A stretch of 64,000 nt of DNA from Octopus bimaculoides. Its lineage: Eukaryota. Positions 1 to 15,170 of the stretch are shown here, piece after piece. A program made the translations under genes and the position numbers. The stretch is taken from the NCBI RefSeq assembly GCF_001194135.2, contig NC_069007.1, positions 753,419 to 817,418 of the forward strand, in the 5' to 3' direction. Under the pieces are notes generated by a model. That model made no database searches, had not been told where the DNA came from, and was given only the letters and a program-made list of their open reading frames with translations. Each line of letters opens with the position of its first letter. The first letter of the stretch is position 1.

Positions 1-2393
1 TAGACATGTATCCATAACACAATTCCGAGGTCGAACCAGTCACATTATAGGGTGGACCCTTGAATTTCATGTGCAATGCATTAAACGAGCTACAACACCA
101 TCTGGTTTCAGTCGCAAAGCTGGCGTCGATCAGAAGATCGACGGTTCAACACAGTAATATCGAACCCGACGTTTTGTCATTACAAACTCCTTAATCATTC
201 GATCATGTGATGTCTGGAACAGAGAGTTCAATTTATAACTCTCTTCATGCAGAATCCCTCGATGGTTTAGTCCATGAAAATATTAAACAAAAGTCTGTGC
301 CACTGTCACGAAATCTGCTCGTACAACTCTATTTAAAATATTTCTATTGACCCATTTGTTTTAAAGCAGTAGTAGTTATATTTCTGGTAGGTTTAGCTGT
401 TATTTCTAGTTAGGTGATCCTCCATTTTTCTGAGCTCATGCACGTCTATATGTGAAAGAGGACGCTGAAAAGTTCCTGGTTTTTAGGACTTATTGGAGGA
501 CGTATTGGACGTATTGGAGGCCAAACCTTACGAGTTCTTCCACATGGCTTAGAAAAACTGAAGGGTCGCTGCANNNNNNNNNNGGGGGGGGGTTGGGGGT
601 GGAGATGTTGAATAAAAAAAATCGCAATTCACTGACCTTTCTCTATTTTCATTTATCAAAAGCAAGAAAGTTGTCAGCACCCAGTCGTATGTGGTATATG
701 GGCGTGTGTATACGTACCCATGTGTACGTATGTGTCCATATGTGTCTGTGCGTGTGTCCATGTATCTGTGCATACGTGTGCATAAATGTGTGTGTGCGTG
801 CGACCGTGTGTATGTGTGAGTGAGTGAGTGAGTGTTTTATCGCTGCTTTTACATTATGCTACGATTTGAATGAATTATTATGCGATTGGTCCATGTCAGT
901 TGCGACCATTGGTTGTGATAATTCATTGATTATTGATGGAATTGAGCTGTTATCTGTTCAATCTGAATTGTAAATAGTTGCTGTATTAGAAGATATCGAT
1001 GGGTGAAAGCAGAGGTTGAATGATGCCTAAGGATAACAAATAGAGACAGAGATGGTGATAAAGTTTAGATGATGGCAGAAGAGGGAGGCGGAGGAGGAGA
1101 AAGAAGAAAGAAAAAGAAGAGCAACAACATGAACAGACAGAAAAAAAAATGAGAGACTGTGTGGTGTGAGCAAAGAGGAAATTACGAAAGATATGGGAAG
1201 ATATATGGTATTAGAGATGAAGAGACTAACGAAAAAATCAGCAGCAGCAGTAGCAGCAGTAGTAGTAGTAGAAATATGATGGCGGCAGCAGCAGCAGTAG
1301 TTGTTGTTGTAGAGCGAATGGAGAGAGTAAGAATAATGGGGAAATGATAGAGAGCGAAATGATATAGAGATTAATATAGATTCATGAACAATGATGTATA
1401 TACCCCCATGTATGTATATATATATATATATATATGTTTATGTGTGTGCTTTTAAAAGTATATACATACATATCTATAAATAAATGTATACGAAGGCGTA
1501 TATATATATATATGTGAGAGAGAGAGAGAGAAGATGGACAGAAAGAGGAAGTAATTATTTATGCTTGTGTGTGTGTGTGTGTGTGGAGTGTATTGTGTGC
1601 GTTAGTTTAGGTTTTGTGTATTTGTATGTGTGTCCGTGTGCATGATGCTGAGACAAGACTCTCTCCATTAACCTAAAAGGCAAAGATTCTAAATACAGCA
1701 GATGATAAAGAGAACACTCAAATCCCCGCGCACCGTATATCGAACAATTTCGGGGGCAATTTTTTTCTAGCTACCCTGAATCTAAGTGAGTCGATCCCAC
1801 CAGCAGTTATTCAGTTATACTCTTTAAGAGTAACCTGAAAAGCAGTACACTCAACTCTGAAAAATAATACCTGGTCAATAATAAAATAGTTTTACACGAT
1901 GATAAAACCGTTCCTTCCTTTTGATAATGTAGACTTCTATCCCTCAATCAGAAATCTATTCATTTTAAAAGCTTGCTTCTTTTATAGAATCTCACATTAA
2001 ATAATATTAATACGCAAGGGTAGCATTAAAAAATACTAATATTTGAGTCGGATGATCACTTTAATTTGAATATTAGGAAGTCTTTATTGCTTTGCAAAAA
2101 TGCTGCATGAATGAAGTTGAAAATATCTCGAAAATGGCTACGTGTGACATAGATGCGTTAGGGATGTGCTATTTACAAAGGAAGACATTGCTCAGTGCCA
2201 TTCACTGAGATCACAACAGAAGCCTACTTTTGTAAAACTAATGTCTCAAGGGCATTGCTTTTTTTATTGCATTTTCACAGAGCAAACTACTACATCCAAT
2301 GTTGACTGAACTCGTTTATGTTATCATATAAAATCAGGTATAGTTTTGTATTTAAGAAACCGACTTTGCAGCTAGTTGGGCGAATGTATGGCA

Positions 2394-2484
2394 CGATTAC
2401 ATCAACCCCAGTACTCAACTGGTACTTATTTTGTCGATCTTTAAAGGATGAAAGGCAAAGTCGACTTCGGCGATATTTGATCTC
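2394..2484 (-). mobile_element. tRNA-derived SINE family A, internal fragment
   Basis: Shares the core ACTGGTACTTATTTT..AAGGATGAAAGGCAAAGTCGAC(C/T)TCGGCG with the other copies in the window (e.g. 28851-29071, 47011-47167). Confidence 0.8.
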
Positions 2485-2580
2485 CAAATGTAAGGATGGG
2501 TTAAATACTTTTAAACATTTTACCCGTTGTGCTCAAGGTTTCAGCAGATCTCTGCTTTCGAACCTATCTAAAATATTGAT

Positions 2581-2754
2581 TTCGAATTTTGGCACAAGAC
2601 CAGCAAGCCCGGGGAATAGTGTATGTCGATTGCACGAATACCAGTTCTTAAATAATGTTCTATCGACCCCGAAACGATGAAAAGTAACGTCGACCTCAGC
2701 GGAATTTGAACTCAGAACGCTAAAGATGGACGAAATGCTGCTAAGCATTTTTGC
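2581..2754 (-). mobile_element. SINE family A, near full-length
   Basis: Tail GGCACAAGACC, core ATCGACCCCGAAA..GTCGACCTCAGCGGAATTTGAACTCAGAACG (reverse complement of B-box GAGTTCAAATTCC), and GACGAAATGCTGCTAAGCATTT. Confidence 0.85.
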
Positions 2755-2970
2755 TACATTAAACCTACCTAACTATTGGCAGCAACGTTTTAAGCTAATT
2801 TCTCCAAAATTTAGTTATTCACGCGATTGTTTTTTTCTTTTCTTTTTTTCAAGTATTGCTAAACCCGTTGAAGGCGTGATACAAGTTGCTAAATGTAAAG
2901 TGTATTTAAATACTGGCAATATATGAAGATATAATAGTTAAGCGTGCAAAAATAAATTGAAATACCAACA

Positions 2971-3022
<52 letters not shown>

Positions 3023-3801
3023 GCGTTATCTTTATATTTGTTAAATGTTTCGTTAATATTGGACACTCAATGGTGGGTACGTATTGAATATCGTTCAAGT
3101 TGTCAGCATTTATTTCGCATAACTGAAAGGTATTAAATACAACAAAAAGCAAATCACATCCCCAAAAATCTGAAAACACGCACAAAAACATATAAATAAA
3201 GGAGGGAAAATATTGAAATCAAAGCTCAGTTTGTTCCGGAACTATCAAAGCCGTGGAATCGCTTTATGACCACAAATAAACAAGCAACAGAACGCCAGTG
3301 CCAATATAATGAAAGGCAGGCTTATTTTCTTGAATTCATGCTTCAGTTGTAATGGATTTGTGCGCAGCTAAACTAGAGATCCCCCACGCAAAACATGCCA
3401 ACATGAACTGCATGTTTGCAGTGAGTTAGCGCAAAAATAAGCAAAGATCGGGAATATAGAACAACAAGTAAATACATTGGAATTAACATACATTGTGGTT
3501 TGGTCGGGATTTTTTTTTTTGTGCGCTGGAACGAGAAACAAACGCCACATCTCCATACTGCTAATAAGTCACAGGTATTAACATACACATGCACAAACAT
3601 AGTGCATGCGTGTGCGTGCATCTCTCCGTGTGTGTGTCTTTGTGTGTGTGTGTGTGTGTACTTATAAATAAGCATTACGATTGTATAGCTGCTTAAAAAA
3701 TATTAACACATATACCTGTGTATAAGTATCCATATATATATTCGTAAATATATACATATATGTGTGCGTGTGTGTATCTGTGCGTGTGTGCGTGTGTGTG
3801 C

Positions 3802-3850
<49 letters not shown>

Positions 3851-3946
3851 TAGATAGATATGCATGTACGTATATATATGTACGTATATATATATATATA
3901 TATATATGTACATATATATATGTTTATATATGTACGTATATGTATG

Positions 3947-3986
<40 letters not shown>

Positions 3987-4707
3987 GATTGTGTGAGATA
4001 TACATTTATAAAAACATGTAAATGCATACTGAGATTTATAGATATGTGTATAGGAGCCTGTGTGCGTCTGTATGAGTGTGTATATACACAGTCGATCACA
4101 CGCAAACACACCCATATATGCTTGTCCATAATATAATTCACAGATATATATATTTATACACACAATTGCCAACACAAACAACAACAACAATAACAAAATA
4201 CAAGCAAAACAATATAACACAAGTATATGTTATTCTCATGTTGTTCGGGATTATAGCTTCCTAAAACCTCTTTGAATCTACGAGGATACGGTAAATATCA
4301 CAACACATCTACCAGATATTAAAACGAACCAAATGAAGCTTCCGCCTCTTCCTTCTCGCCTACCGTACGACGCCAATGACTAGAGAAAGCAGCAGTTGTC
4401 TTTGGTGTTTTTGTATTCAGCGATTTGTTAGCGCGCAGCAGTTGCTGTTTTTGTTGATGGTGCTGCTGTTGTTATTGTTGTCGTTGTCATCGGACATGGA
4501 GGATGTTGGTGAAGGGATGCAGAAGTTGGTGCACGCTGATGCGGATTTCTGGAGGGGGTCCGTCAAACTGAGATGTGTCGGTGCGTGCATTTTTCCATGC
4601 TTACACACACACACACACATACACGCACGCACACAACACACACATTCTCTTGCATACATAGGTGTATATGTAAATATAGAAACACACACACACACACATA
4701 CACACAC

Positions 4708-4754
<47 letters not shown>

Positions 4755-4899
4755 ATTACCCACGCCCAATTATGCTCAATAGTGTAATTACCACGCAATA
4801 ACCAACACCTGTGTATTAATAACTGCGTATATTACTAGCAATATATTGGGATAGATACTATCCCTTAGTTGGTTGGATTCACAGCCGCTAACTCTGAAT

Positions 4900-4944
<45 letters not shown>

Positions 4945-4952
4945 GCGTTTGT

Positions 4953-5006
<54 letters not shown>

Positions 5007-6643
5007 ACGCCGCTAAAACCTCCTCGCGGAATGTGAAGACGAATCCTGGAAAGCGGAGCATTTTCCAATCGAAGTCGGATGTAGAGGGTTTGTTGGACAC
5101 TGTGTGAGACGACTGCTGTTATCGTTTGACCAAACTCATCGTTAAGTACATACCACCATTACCGATATCCAAACTATAGTGGAGAAGGCTAGCCACTGGA
5201 TTTGGTTAAAAAGAGACGATGAGTGATGGGTAGAAGAATATTGAGCTTTAATTTAATAACCAGTTCTTACTTCAAAATTTCAAACCGCAGACAGAGGTTG
5301 AGTTTTAACATCCCTGTTATGTTTTAAATATCACGCCTGGCCATAGCCGAGGAAGGCAAACTAATTTAAAATTCAGTGCTACAGTTAAGGCATGTGTGAG
5401 TGTGGGTGGAAACAAATAGCAAAACATAAATGTGCGTAGATCCCTAGAGTACTGAAAATCGATATCCGTGCTGCTCCTACTTTAGACAAAAGTCACGCAA
5501 CGGCATTCTATCGATAGGTCTTCTTTTTCTATTTTTTGACATCAAACAGAAGACTAGGTTTTTTTTAACAAGTTTAGTGGTTTGACGTTATTTCTGATGG
5601 CAAAAATTTAATATTATTTTGTTATTATTAATGTATTCTTGCTTTGTCAACATTGCAAGCCTTACCAATACAAAATATAGGACGACTGATATCTGCTTTT
5701 TATTTTCTAACCTTAGTGACACTTTTGAATTCGAAATATTTAACGGCGTTTGTCTTGAGAATATAGGGTTACACTAAGTATTACGCTATTTCATTATACC
5801 CCGTCGAGTTTTTATTATTTCACGACATTTCACGATTCCTATTTCTCTTCCGATCAGATTGAAGGATAAATGTGTATTTTAACTACGTTTATTGAATAAA
5901 CGTGTTCGAATTCTTTCATCTCCCATACAAACTAAAGATCCTTTGCTACCTCAGGCCGCCATGTGTGTGTGCGTGCATGTGTATCACTGCGTATGTGCAT
6001 GTGTGTCTGTTGCATGAGTTTATATTGAATTCCTCATCATTGATGTATATTTTCCCTCTATTAATCTTCTACTGTTGTCTGTCTTCCTTATTTGCATGTT
6101 ATTCGATAAGTAAACATTGACTTAGCCTATAGACGTATTGATTCGTGTTGATATATAAAAATATTAAGACCAAATATAAATAAGGAAGTGTGAATGAGAA
6201 AGAGAGAAATAGAGAATGACAGAGATTGGTTAGAGATAAGGAGAGAAAGAGAAAGAGAGAGAGAAAGAGAAAGAGAGAGAAAGAGAGTGTTGTTAACGAG
6301 AGAAACATAATGACGGAGGGAAAAAGAAAGAGGCCGTCGTTCATATTTTAAACAAATTTAATGGATTAATGAGTTGGAATTATATTCGAATTATTGTCTA
6401 CTCGGTGAAATCAATATTTCCTCTTATGAGAGGCAAAGACCAAAACTAAAACCACACCTACCCGCACCTCTTCGGTTCGAAGATTAAAGGAATCATCTGG
6501 GGAAAATGTAAGGGAATTACTAGACAACTGGTGCTAAAGAATGCAAAGACCCAGACTTCAAAGTTACACAATATTTAATGAGAACTATGCTATTGTTTTA
6601 AATAAAAAGAAAATTAAAGACTAGATTTTCTCCTCCTCTTTTG

Positions 6644-6694
<51 letters not shown>

Positions 6695-6830
6695 ACAAAA
6701 TATCACTACCTGTTTCTGCATTGATGTTTGGTGCAATAAGAGCTTATGCAGTCTTTTATTTATGCACTGTCATAAATATCATATATATATAGAGAAAAGT
6801 GGAGATAGATAAATATACTCGCTGGCTCAC

Positions 6831-6872
<42 letters not shown>

Positions 6873-6986
6873 CTATAGATTAAAGCAGAAATGAACTAGC
6901 AAACAATTCGGTAATTCATGACAAAGACAATTAATTTAGCTGTATTATATATATATATATATATTCAAGCGTAAGTTATAAGTTAT

Positions 6987-7126
6987 AAGATTGCTCTCCA
7001 TCCACATGATTCCTGGTTCAGTCCCATTGCGTTGCACCCTGGTCAACTGTCACCTGCTAAAGCTGCTGGCTGACCAAGACCTAGTGAGTGGATTTCAGAG
7101 AAACTGTAAGAATCCCGTCTTGTATA
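6987..7126 (+). mobile_element. SINE family B (tRNA-like 5' half), decayed
   Basis: CCACATGATTCCTGGTTCAGTCCCATTGCGTTGCACCCTGG..GTGAGTGGATTT..GAAACTG matches the reverse complement of the copies at 16838-16941 and 55799-55937. Confidence 0.7.
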
Positions 7127-7734
7127 TTTATTTATCTATTGTATGAGAGTTTTATTTGATGCACAGTTGAGGGTAGGTGACACAAAGCCAGCTACAACCT
7201 GAAGCTGTAACAGAGTGAAACAAAGCGTGCGTAACACTGATGAAAACGAGATCATTAACACCATTCCTGACACCAGAGTCCGGAAAGGTAGAAAGAGTTA
7301 CGATAAAACTACATTTCATTCCTTTGTATTTCTATGGACATCGGTGACTTCACCCCGAGAAAACAAGACTGCTCTGAAGATGTCTCATTGCTAGGAAAGA
7401 AAAGGTAGCGGCTAATTGGAGGGTGGTGAAAGATAGATATTCCATTTTCTAAAAGTGTAGGATTGAGAGCCAGGGTTATTTCCGTGCAAAGTAGTTGGAA
7501 AAACTGAAGAAGTGATGTGGTAACGCAACCACAAAATCAAAACAGCAGAGGGCCAAATAAATAACTGTTTGCAGAGCACATACAGTCGCAAATGCAAAGG
7601 TAAAACATTACACCAACATTTCCTTGGTGATATGCGTCAAATTAATCTATCATTCTTCACAGCATCGCCAAATATCTTAAAGATTGTTGGATAAGTGTGA
7701 TGTGGGGTTAATTTTTCTAAAGATTTAGCAATTA

Positions 7735-7906
7735 CCCTACTTTAACGTGTATAAGGAAGACTCTAATTCTTCGGTCTTAAAAATTGGAAAAAAAGGTTTT
7801 TTGAAAAGGATTATAATAATATTCCTGTATACGAAACTGCCATAATTTTTTAGTATAATTTTTGACAAAAAAAAAGAAAGGATTCCTTATACACGTTAAA
7901 ATACGG
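7735..7906. mobile_element. 172-bp MITE, Tc1/mariner-pogo type
   Basis: 24-bp terminal inverted repeats CCCTACTTTAACGTGTATAAGGAA (7735-7758) and TTCCTTATACACGTTAAAATACGG (7883-7906), 22/24 identical. TA dinucleotide on both sides (7733-34, 7907-08). Confidence 0.8.
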
Positions 7907-7944
7907 TACGGAGAGATTACATCCTTGGCGTGACAGCAAAAATA

Positions 7945-8108
7945 TAGTGCTGCTGCTGATGGTGGTGGTGATGGTGAGAGTGGCAGTGGAGGTGGTGATG
8001 ATGGTAGTGGTAGCGTTGATGATGACGATGGTGCTGGTGGAGAGAATGGTAGCGCTGATAATGATGATTGTATCGGTTGCTAGTAGAGGTAGCGATGTTG
8101 ATGTCAAA

Positions 8109-8164
<56 letters not shown>

Positions 8165-8165
8165 A
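7945..8165. repeat. Compound trinucleotide tract (GGT/GAT drift ending in (GGC)n(GAC)n)
   Basis: Visible GGT/GAT/GCT triplet drift, followed by about 10 GGC and 7 GAC units at 8110-8162. Confidence 0.9.
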
Positions 8166-8755
8166 GTTACAAATAACGTATTTAACAATCAGTAATCCAA
8201 GTNNNNNNNNNNNNNNNNNNNNNNNNNNNNNNNNNNNNNNNNNNNNNNNNNNNNNNNNNNNNNNNNNNNNNNNNNNNNNNNNNNNNNNNNNNNNNNNNNN
8301 NNNNNNNNNNNNNNNNNNNNNNNNNNNNNNNNNNNNNNNNNNNNNNNNNNNNNNNNNNNNNNNNNNNNNNNNNNNNNNNNNNNNNNNNNNNNNNNNNNNN
8401 NNNNNNNNNNNNNNNNNNNNNNNNNNNNNNNNNNNNNNNNNNNNNNNNNNNNNNNNNNNNNNNNNNNNNNNNNNNNNNNNNNNNNNNNNNNNNNNNNNNN
8501 NNNNNNNNNNNNNNNNNNNNNNNNNNNNNNNNNNNNNNNNNNNNNNNNNNNNNNNNNNNNNNNNNNNNNNNNNNNNNNNNNNNNNNNNNNNNNNNNNNNN
8601 NNNNNNNNNNNNNNNNNNNNNNNNNNNNNNNNNNNNNNNNNNNNNNNNNNNNNNNNNNNNNNNNNNNNNNNNNNNNATATACATACATACACAGACATTA
8701 CTTACAAATATGCACACATACTTATGCTTATAAATATATATAAATATATAGACAC

Positions 8756-8800
<45 letters not shown>

Positions 8801-9577
8801 GCATACACACATATATACACACATATGCATATACACACGCATACATATATACATACATGATTATATGAATGTGCTTATTTTCACACACACACATGTGTGC
8901 ATAATATGTGTGTGTGTGTGTGTATGTGTGTGTGTGTGTTTGTGGGTGTACGCGCCTTTCTGACAGACCTAGATATTCCAGTATAAACAATTTTTAAATT
9001 GTGTTGGAAATTATTCGGGAAATGTGGTTTTGGCGTAAACGTGGTTTTGGTGTATCCGTTTCTACAAACTTGCACATCAATGGTGAAAAGAGATTCACCG
9101 CTAAGCATGCGTCTCTGCGAGTGAGTATGCATCTGTGTCTATACATACATAGATACATTTACATATACGCGTGTATATATTTAAAATACATATGTATTTA
9201 TATATAGATATACACATAGAGCCACGAATCAATTACTTTCTCGCCTACAATTAATCAACCGTCCTTCGCCTATTCAGATAAAAAAAAAAAATATTTATTA
9301 TGCATGAATAACTAATTTTCTATTGATATTTAAAAACCATTATGTCAGGCCGACATTAATTTACTAGTTTATTTAATTGATTTAATTAATTATTAATTTT
9401 GTTATTTAATTTAGCATCCACATCTCCGACAACACATTCCAAACTTTCACCAGCGTCTGTTCCTTTTCAGTCCTAACCTTCTGTACCTCTTTCAGTTTTT
9501 CCTTTATTCTCCGCTTAACTCGCTCGCTGTATGTGTGGGTGTGACTGCGAATGTGTGTGCGTGTGTCTGTGTGTACG

Positions 9578-9618
<41 letters not shown>

Positions 9619-9979
9619 NNNNNNNNNNNNNNNNNNNNNNNNNNNNNNNNNNNNNNNNNNNNNNNNNNNNNNNNNNNNNNNNNNNNNNNNNNNNNNNNNN
9701 NNNNNNNNNNNNNNNNNNNNNNNNNNNNNNNNNNNNNNNNNNNNNNNNNNNNNNNNNNNNNNNNNNNNNNNNNNNNNNNNNNNNNNNNNNNNNNNNNNNN
9801 NNNNNNNNNNNNNNNNNNNNNNNNNNNNNNNNNNNNNNNNNNNNNNNNNNNNNNNNNNNNNNNNNNNNNNNNNNNNNNNNNNNNNNNNNNNNNNNNNNNN
9901 NNNNNNNNNNNNNNNNNNNNNNNNNNNNNNNNNNNNNNNNNNNNNNNNNNNNNNNNNNNNNNNNNNNNNNNNNNNNNNN

Positions 9980-10033
<54 letters not shown>

Positions 10034-11239
10034 TTATGTGCACTCATATGCATATACACGTAAAATGTATAAACCCATGTTTACGTATAGTATACACACC
10101 CATCATATTTAGGCGTATAATATATACACGAATATATATATATACATATGCACACACACAGACCTAAACACACACGTATATAAACCTATATATTATTTAT
10201 AGGCATAGACAGAGATATATATATTACATCAACACATACATATAAACATAGCTTTCCCTTTATTTCTGTTTTTCCCTGCAAAAATATAGAAGTGAATAGC
10301 AATTAGACGCAATTACCATATTACAGTTACCGCGTATCATAGCATATTTCTCGTCAACTCAATATATCGTAATTATTTTTAAAATGTCTGCATCATTTAC
10401 TACACCGCGCCCCCACTACACCGCCGCCACCACCACCACCACATCCTCCTCCTCCTTACATCTCGTCTAATAAACTACATTATAATTTATAGATTTCCGA
10501 CATTGGTACAAGACATGGAATATGTGTCAAAAAACGTGTAGACCACTGAATCGATCTTTTAGTAATTGACTACTGCAGAAATTACTTGGTATATATTTCT
10601 GGTGCAAATTACTAAAGACCGCCAATGAGCGGAAACTCAACGTGGTATTGTACGCTGGAAATATCAGCCAAACCAACCGCAAATTAATTACTATCGTTTT
10701 AATGGGTGAAGAATATATTTCTGAAAATATATTCAATAATAACACTCCTCAAGATGTTCCTTATATTGTTCAAGGATGAATTATCAGCTGTTTGATCTAT
10801 TGAACTATCACTTTATTTAATTGGATTCCTCGGATCAACGTGGCTTCTGATCGACTCACCTCTTACTTGCAAATAAATCGATCCAGAATCTTCCACACAG
10901 TTGCTATCTCACAATCTCTCACACACAAATTAACTTGGATCACTTGAAGTCTTTGGTATGCTTCTATCGTTTATCATTTGCTTGTTTTTGTTACCGAACT
11001 CTGGTCATACTGGAGCAATACATTGAAGATTCAACAAAGCAAAACGCAACAAAATTGTTATTTATCCTAAAGTCGTAGAAAAACCGCTAAAATAGGGAGA
11101 CGTAAAGAGAAACCAATATGATCTGTGAAGCAGTGGAAGAGGGACTGAAGCTGAGGACACAAAGATGAAATGAGACACACACGTACAAGTGTAAATATAT
11201 GCACAGAGACAGACAGACAGACACAAATACACTCACATA

Positions 11240-11373
11240 TATGATGGGCTGTTACAGAAATTTTGTCTACGAATTTCACCAGCAAGGTATTGGCAGGCTC
11301 GAGCTTGTAGTAGGTTTGAAATTGCAATCAACGGGTTTCGAAGCGAGCATCTTAAACATGCGGCTATAGTTGC
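11240..11373 (-). mobile_element. SINE family B, decayed and internally deleted
   Basis: ATATGATGGGCT..GTCTACGAATTTCACC..GGCAGGCTCGAGCTTGTAGTAG..AAGCGAGCATCTTAAAC parallels 55799-55937. Confidence 0.55.
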
Positions 11374-11547
11374 TACTATAAAAACAAAACATGACACAGC
11401 ACTTACTCAGGTTATATATATATATATATATNNNNNNNNNNNNNNNNNNNNNNNNNNNNNNNNNNNNNNNNNNNNNNNNNNNNNNNNNNNNNNNNNNNNN
11501 NNNNNNNNNNNNNNNNNNNNNNNNNNNNNNNNNNNNNNNNNNNNNNN

Positions 11548-11600
<53 letters not shown>

Positions 11601-12531
11601 TACATCCACAAGAGTATGAGCATGTTTGCACATGTGTGTATTTACACCTATATTTAGCTTTGGAAAGACTGTTGGTTTCTCTCTATTGTTCGTTCCCCTC
11701 CCTCTCCATCTCTCATTGACTAATGCTAGCTGGGATCTACTGTTTCTTCCATCCTACTCTAGACGTTCCTTGTTATCTCCCTTTCACAGTTCCTTCAGTC
11801 TCAAATTTCATAACATGTCTCTCCTACGGTTTCGATAGTAGCGCAAACTCCACCGTTCAGTCAGAAAATAAACCGTTTCGGTCGTCTTTTTATAGAGTAC
11901 AGCAAACAACATACATGTTTATGCGTGCTAAAGCTTACCAAGCTGGTACTAAATTGTGCAAAGTACAAAAGAGAGTAAAACTGAAAAAAATGCTGTGTAT
12001 ATATATTTCTACAAACGCTGTTTCTACAAAGATGGTGATGATGATAATGATGATGCTGGTCGTGATAATGGTAGTGGTGGTGCTGCTGCTGATGGTGGTG
12101 TTCATGATAGTGATGATGTGGTGCTGCTGCTACAGTTACTGACGATGGTGGTGGTGGTGGCGGTGATGATGATAGTGATGACGATGATATGATAATGTTA
12201 ATAACAAAAATGATGATGATGACGACGACGATGATTGCGTGTGGTCCTTCAAACATAGCACCAAAAGGCTACAATTCATAACGAAATAGCGTATGATACC
12301 TAGATTTATGCAAATTTCCATATATTAGGTAATTGTGATCTTTTCATTGCATCGATTATTCATAAGATGAAACAAAAGATTTCTACATCACTAGCTCAGC
12401 TTTTGAAGCTAAAATATAAATTTATATCCTTGCTCTGCACGTAATCTCCCACGACCAATGTTTTATAATTTTTGTTTTTTTCAGTCCTGTAGTGTTAGTT
12501 TTCCTCTGATATGTAAATTATGCTTTTGACT

Positions 12532-12596
<65 letters not shown>

Positions 12597-12964
12597 TTTT
12601 GCATCTTTTTCATCCTCACACTTTCTTTGCATCATACTTCTTTGACCTTACAAACTTCTATAATTACTCATCTACGACTCCGTCTACCTCCTTAAATCTC
12701 CCAAACGAACCGCATACGCAACTCGTTTCCACATTTCATTCATTTTTGCATCTTGCTTATTCCTGAAAATTCGTATTTCTCATACATTCTATAATTCTTA
12801 TTTCTCTTCCGAAGAAGGATCAACATCCGAACCGTACGTTTACTTCCTCTTTCCAGCAGCCCGATTAGTCTATATGTTATTTCGTTCATGTGTTTTACAT
12901 ATACATTATTTCTACTATATGTGTGTATATATGTATGTATATACAAATATATATATAATTATAC

Positions 12965-13097
12965 ACAACAGGCTTCTTTCAGCTTCCATCTCCCAAGTCC
13001 ACTAACTGGGCTTCACTCGTCTGGAAATGAACCTGGAACAATGGCAGTGAACACGGAACCATTCGATGACAAGCAAGGTTCTTGCCATACAGCCACT
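12965..13097 (-). mobile_element. SINE family B, decayed
   Basis: GGCTTCTTTCAGCTTCC..AAGTCCACT..GAACCTGGAAC / GAACACGGAACCA (locally duplicated B-box region)..CAAGCAAGGTTCTTGCCATACAGCCAC. Confidence 0.6.
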
Positions 13098-13118
13098 TAT
13101 ATCTATTTGTGTGTGTGC

Positions 13119-13152
<34 letters not shown>

Positions 13153-13430
13153 NNNNNNNNNNNNNNNNNNNNNNNNNNNNNNNNNNNNNNNNNNNNNNNN
13201 NNNNNNNNNNNNNNNNNNNNNNNNNNNNNNNNNNNNNNNNNNNNNNNNNNNNNNNNNNNNNNNNNNNNNNNNNNNNNNNNNNNNNNNNNNNNNNNNNNNN
13301 NNNNNNNNNNNNNNNNNNNNNNNNNNNNNNNNNNNNNNNNNNNNNNNNNNNNNNNNNNNNNNNNNNNNNNNNNNNATATATGTATATACGAACAAAAATA
13401 TGCCTGGATGTGTAAGTCATGTGTGTATGT

Positions 13431-13461
<31 letters not shown>

Positions 13462-13462
13462 C

Positions 13463-13521
<59 letters not shown>

Positions 13522-15170
13522 GATGTGTGTGTATGTGTGCATTTTATTTTTGCTTGATAGGTAGGTTCCTACGAACGAAAAATGTTTTAACGAACAAGGA
13601 ACGAAAATAACCTTATTTGTTGCAGAATCTATAACTATTTTTACGAACTATTTTACCTTATATTATTCATTTTTGTTATCCATTATTATTATTATTATTA
13701 TTATTGCTATTACAAATTTGTTTTTGGTAACGTCAATACATGTTGCTATCAGTATAGCATAATCAAAACGCAGATCGATGTCTCGGAGAAATATATTTGC
13801 AATAAGATTAATAATAACAACAATAACAACAATCATGATAGAAAAGACATCATAAGAAAGACAACGCGAATACATTTAACAAAAGCAACAAAGCTATCAA
13901 ACAAAAAAACATGATTAGCAACGGGAAGAAGTGCATCAGCTAGGAGGAAAGTGCATGGATATCATTTTCTATGACTATATCTGATGCGATACGAAGTTTG
14001 TATACATGCAAGAAGAAATTATAAAGAAACACTGAAGAACGATGGGATGAAACGAAAATGAAAAGAAAAGGTAAGAAAGAAATAGTGAAAATAAATCAAA
14101 ATAGAAGGCAGCAAAAGAAGAAAAACAACGTCAGAAGATCTATAGAAAAGTAAGGAACCAATTTCGGTGAAATTCATTTTCTTCTTTTCTTGCGCAAGAA
14201 AACTATTTCTGGTTTTAATTCCAGAAAAAGATATTTACCCATGAAATCCATAAAAATAAATAAATATATGTATATAATGAAAATATAACAAACAAAAATA
14301 TATCTGAAACATAAAAAAATATAAATAATTTTTTAAAAATTTAACAAAAACACGAACACCAATACTGACGACAACAAAAGACAAAAACAACCAATGGAGC
14401 ATTAGTGAAAAAAAATACACAAAAATGGATTTTTTCAAAGATGGTATCTGTCAATTGTAATTCTCATCAAAATCTCTGATCATTTTTTGACAGTCCAAAA
14501 AGGAAAAGAAAAAAGATTAAAGAAGAAAACAATCTACAAACAATAACATAAAACATAAAAATACATAGACAAACAGCAAGAAAGAAAAGTTTCTAATGGA
14601 AACGGAGCGAACATTTACTGAGATTTCTGTTGATCTTTTTTTCATTTTCTGTGCGCTGTTTTCTCCCTGTGTTACTTTCAGAGAGATATAGGGAGTGGGG
14701 TGGGAAATATTTGGAAATTTGACTTTAGAAACTATATTTGAACTCTGGGAGTTTGTGACACAGCATGGCCACAGCCAAGAAAAGCTGTTGCAGTTGATGT
14801 TGGTTGAAATATTTCTGTGTAGTGTAGTAATACGGGATTCAAAAGACTGAAGATCAAAACATCCCGCCCATAACAATTGAGTTTACCTTATAAAACCGTA
14901 TTATAAAGTCTGAAATGCTCCCAATTTTTAGCAAGGCAGATTACGGGTTACCCGTACACACGCACACACATTTATTTTTGAATATGAATGTATATTATTG
15001 CAATACATGAGAATATATATCCATATACGGATATGAATGAGTGTGTGTGTGTGTGTGTGTGTTTTCCTTTCCTATTAAAAGAAACTTTCATGACACTGGA
15101 AAATATATACATATATTAAGCCTGGAAAAGAAGGCAAAAGAGACCGATAGAATAAATACTAGGTTTACAA

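Noticed and set aside
7850-8195. Poly-Pro/Ala/Gly/Asp ORFs (similar ones at 11861-12321, 26835-27551, 29390-29578)
   Set aside because: Trinucleotide drift is open in several frames on both strands, with no domain and no bounding splice sites.
14635-14700. Strong-looking splice acceptor (pyrimidine tract + TTTCAG at 14681)
   Set aside because: All three frames close within about 20 codons and no good donor follows. It could be a UTR exon but cannot be supported.
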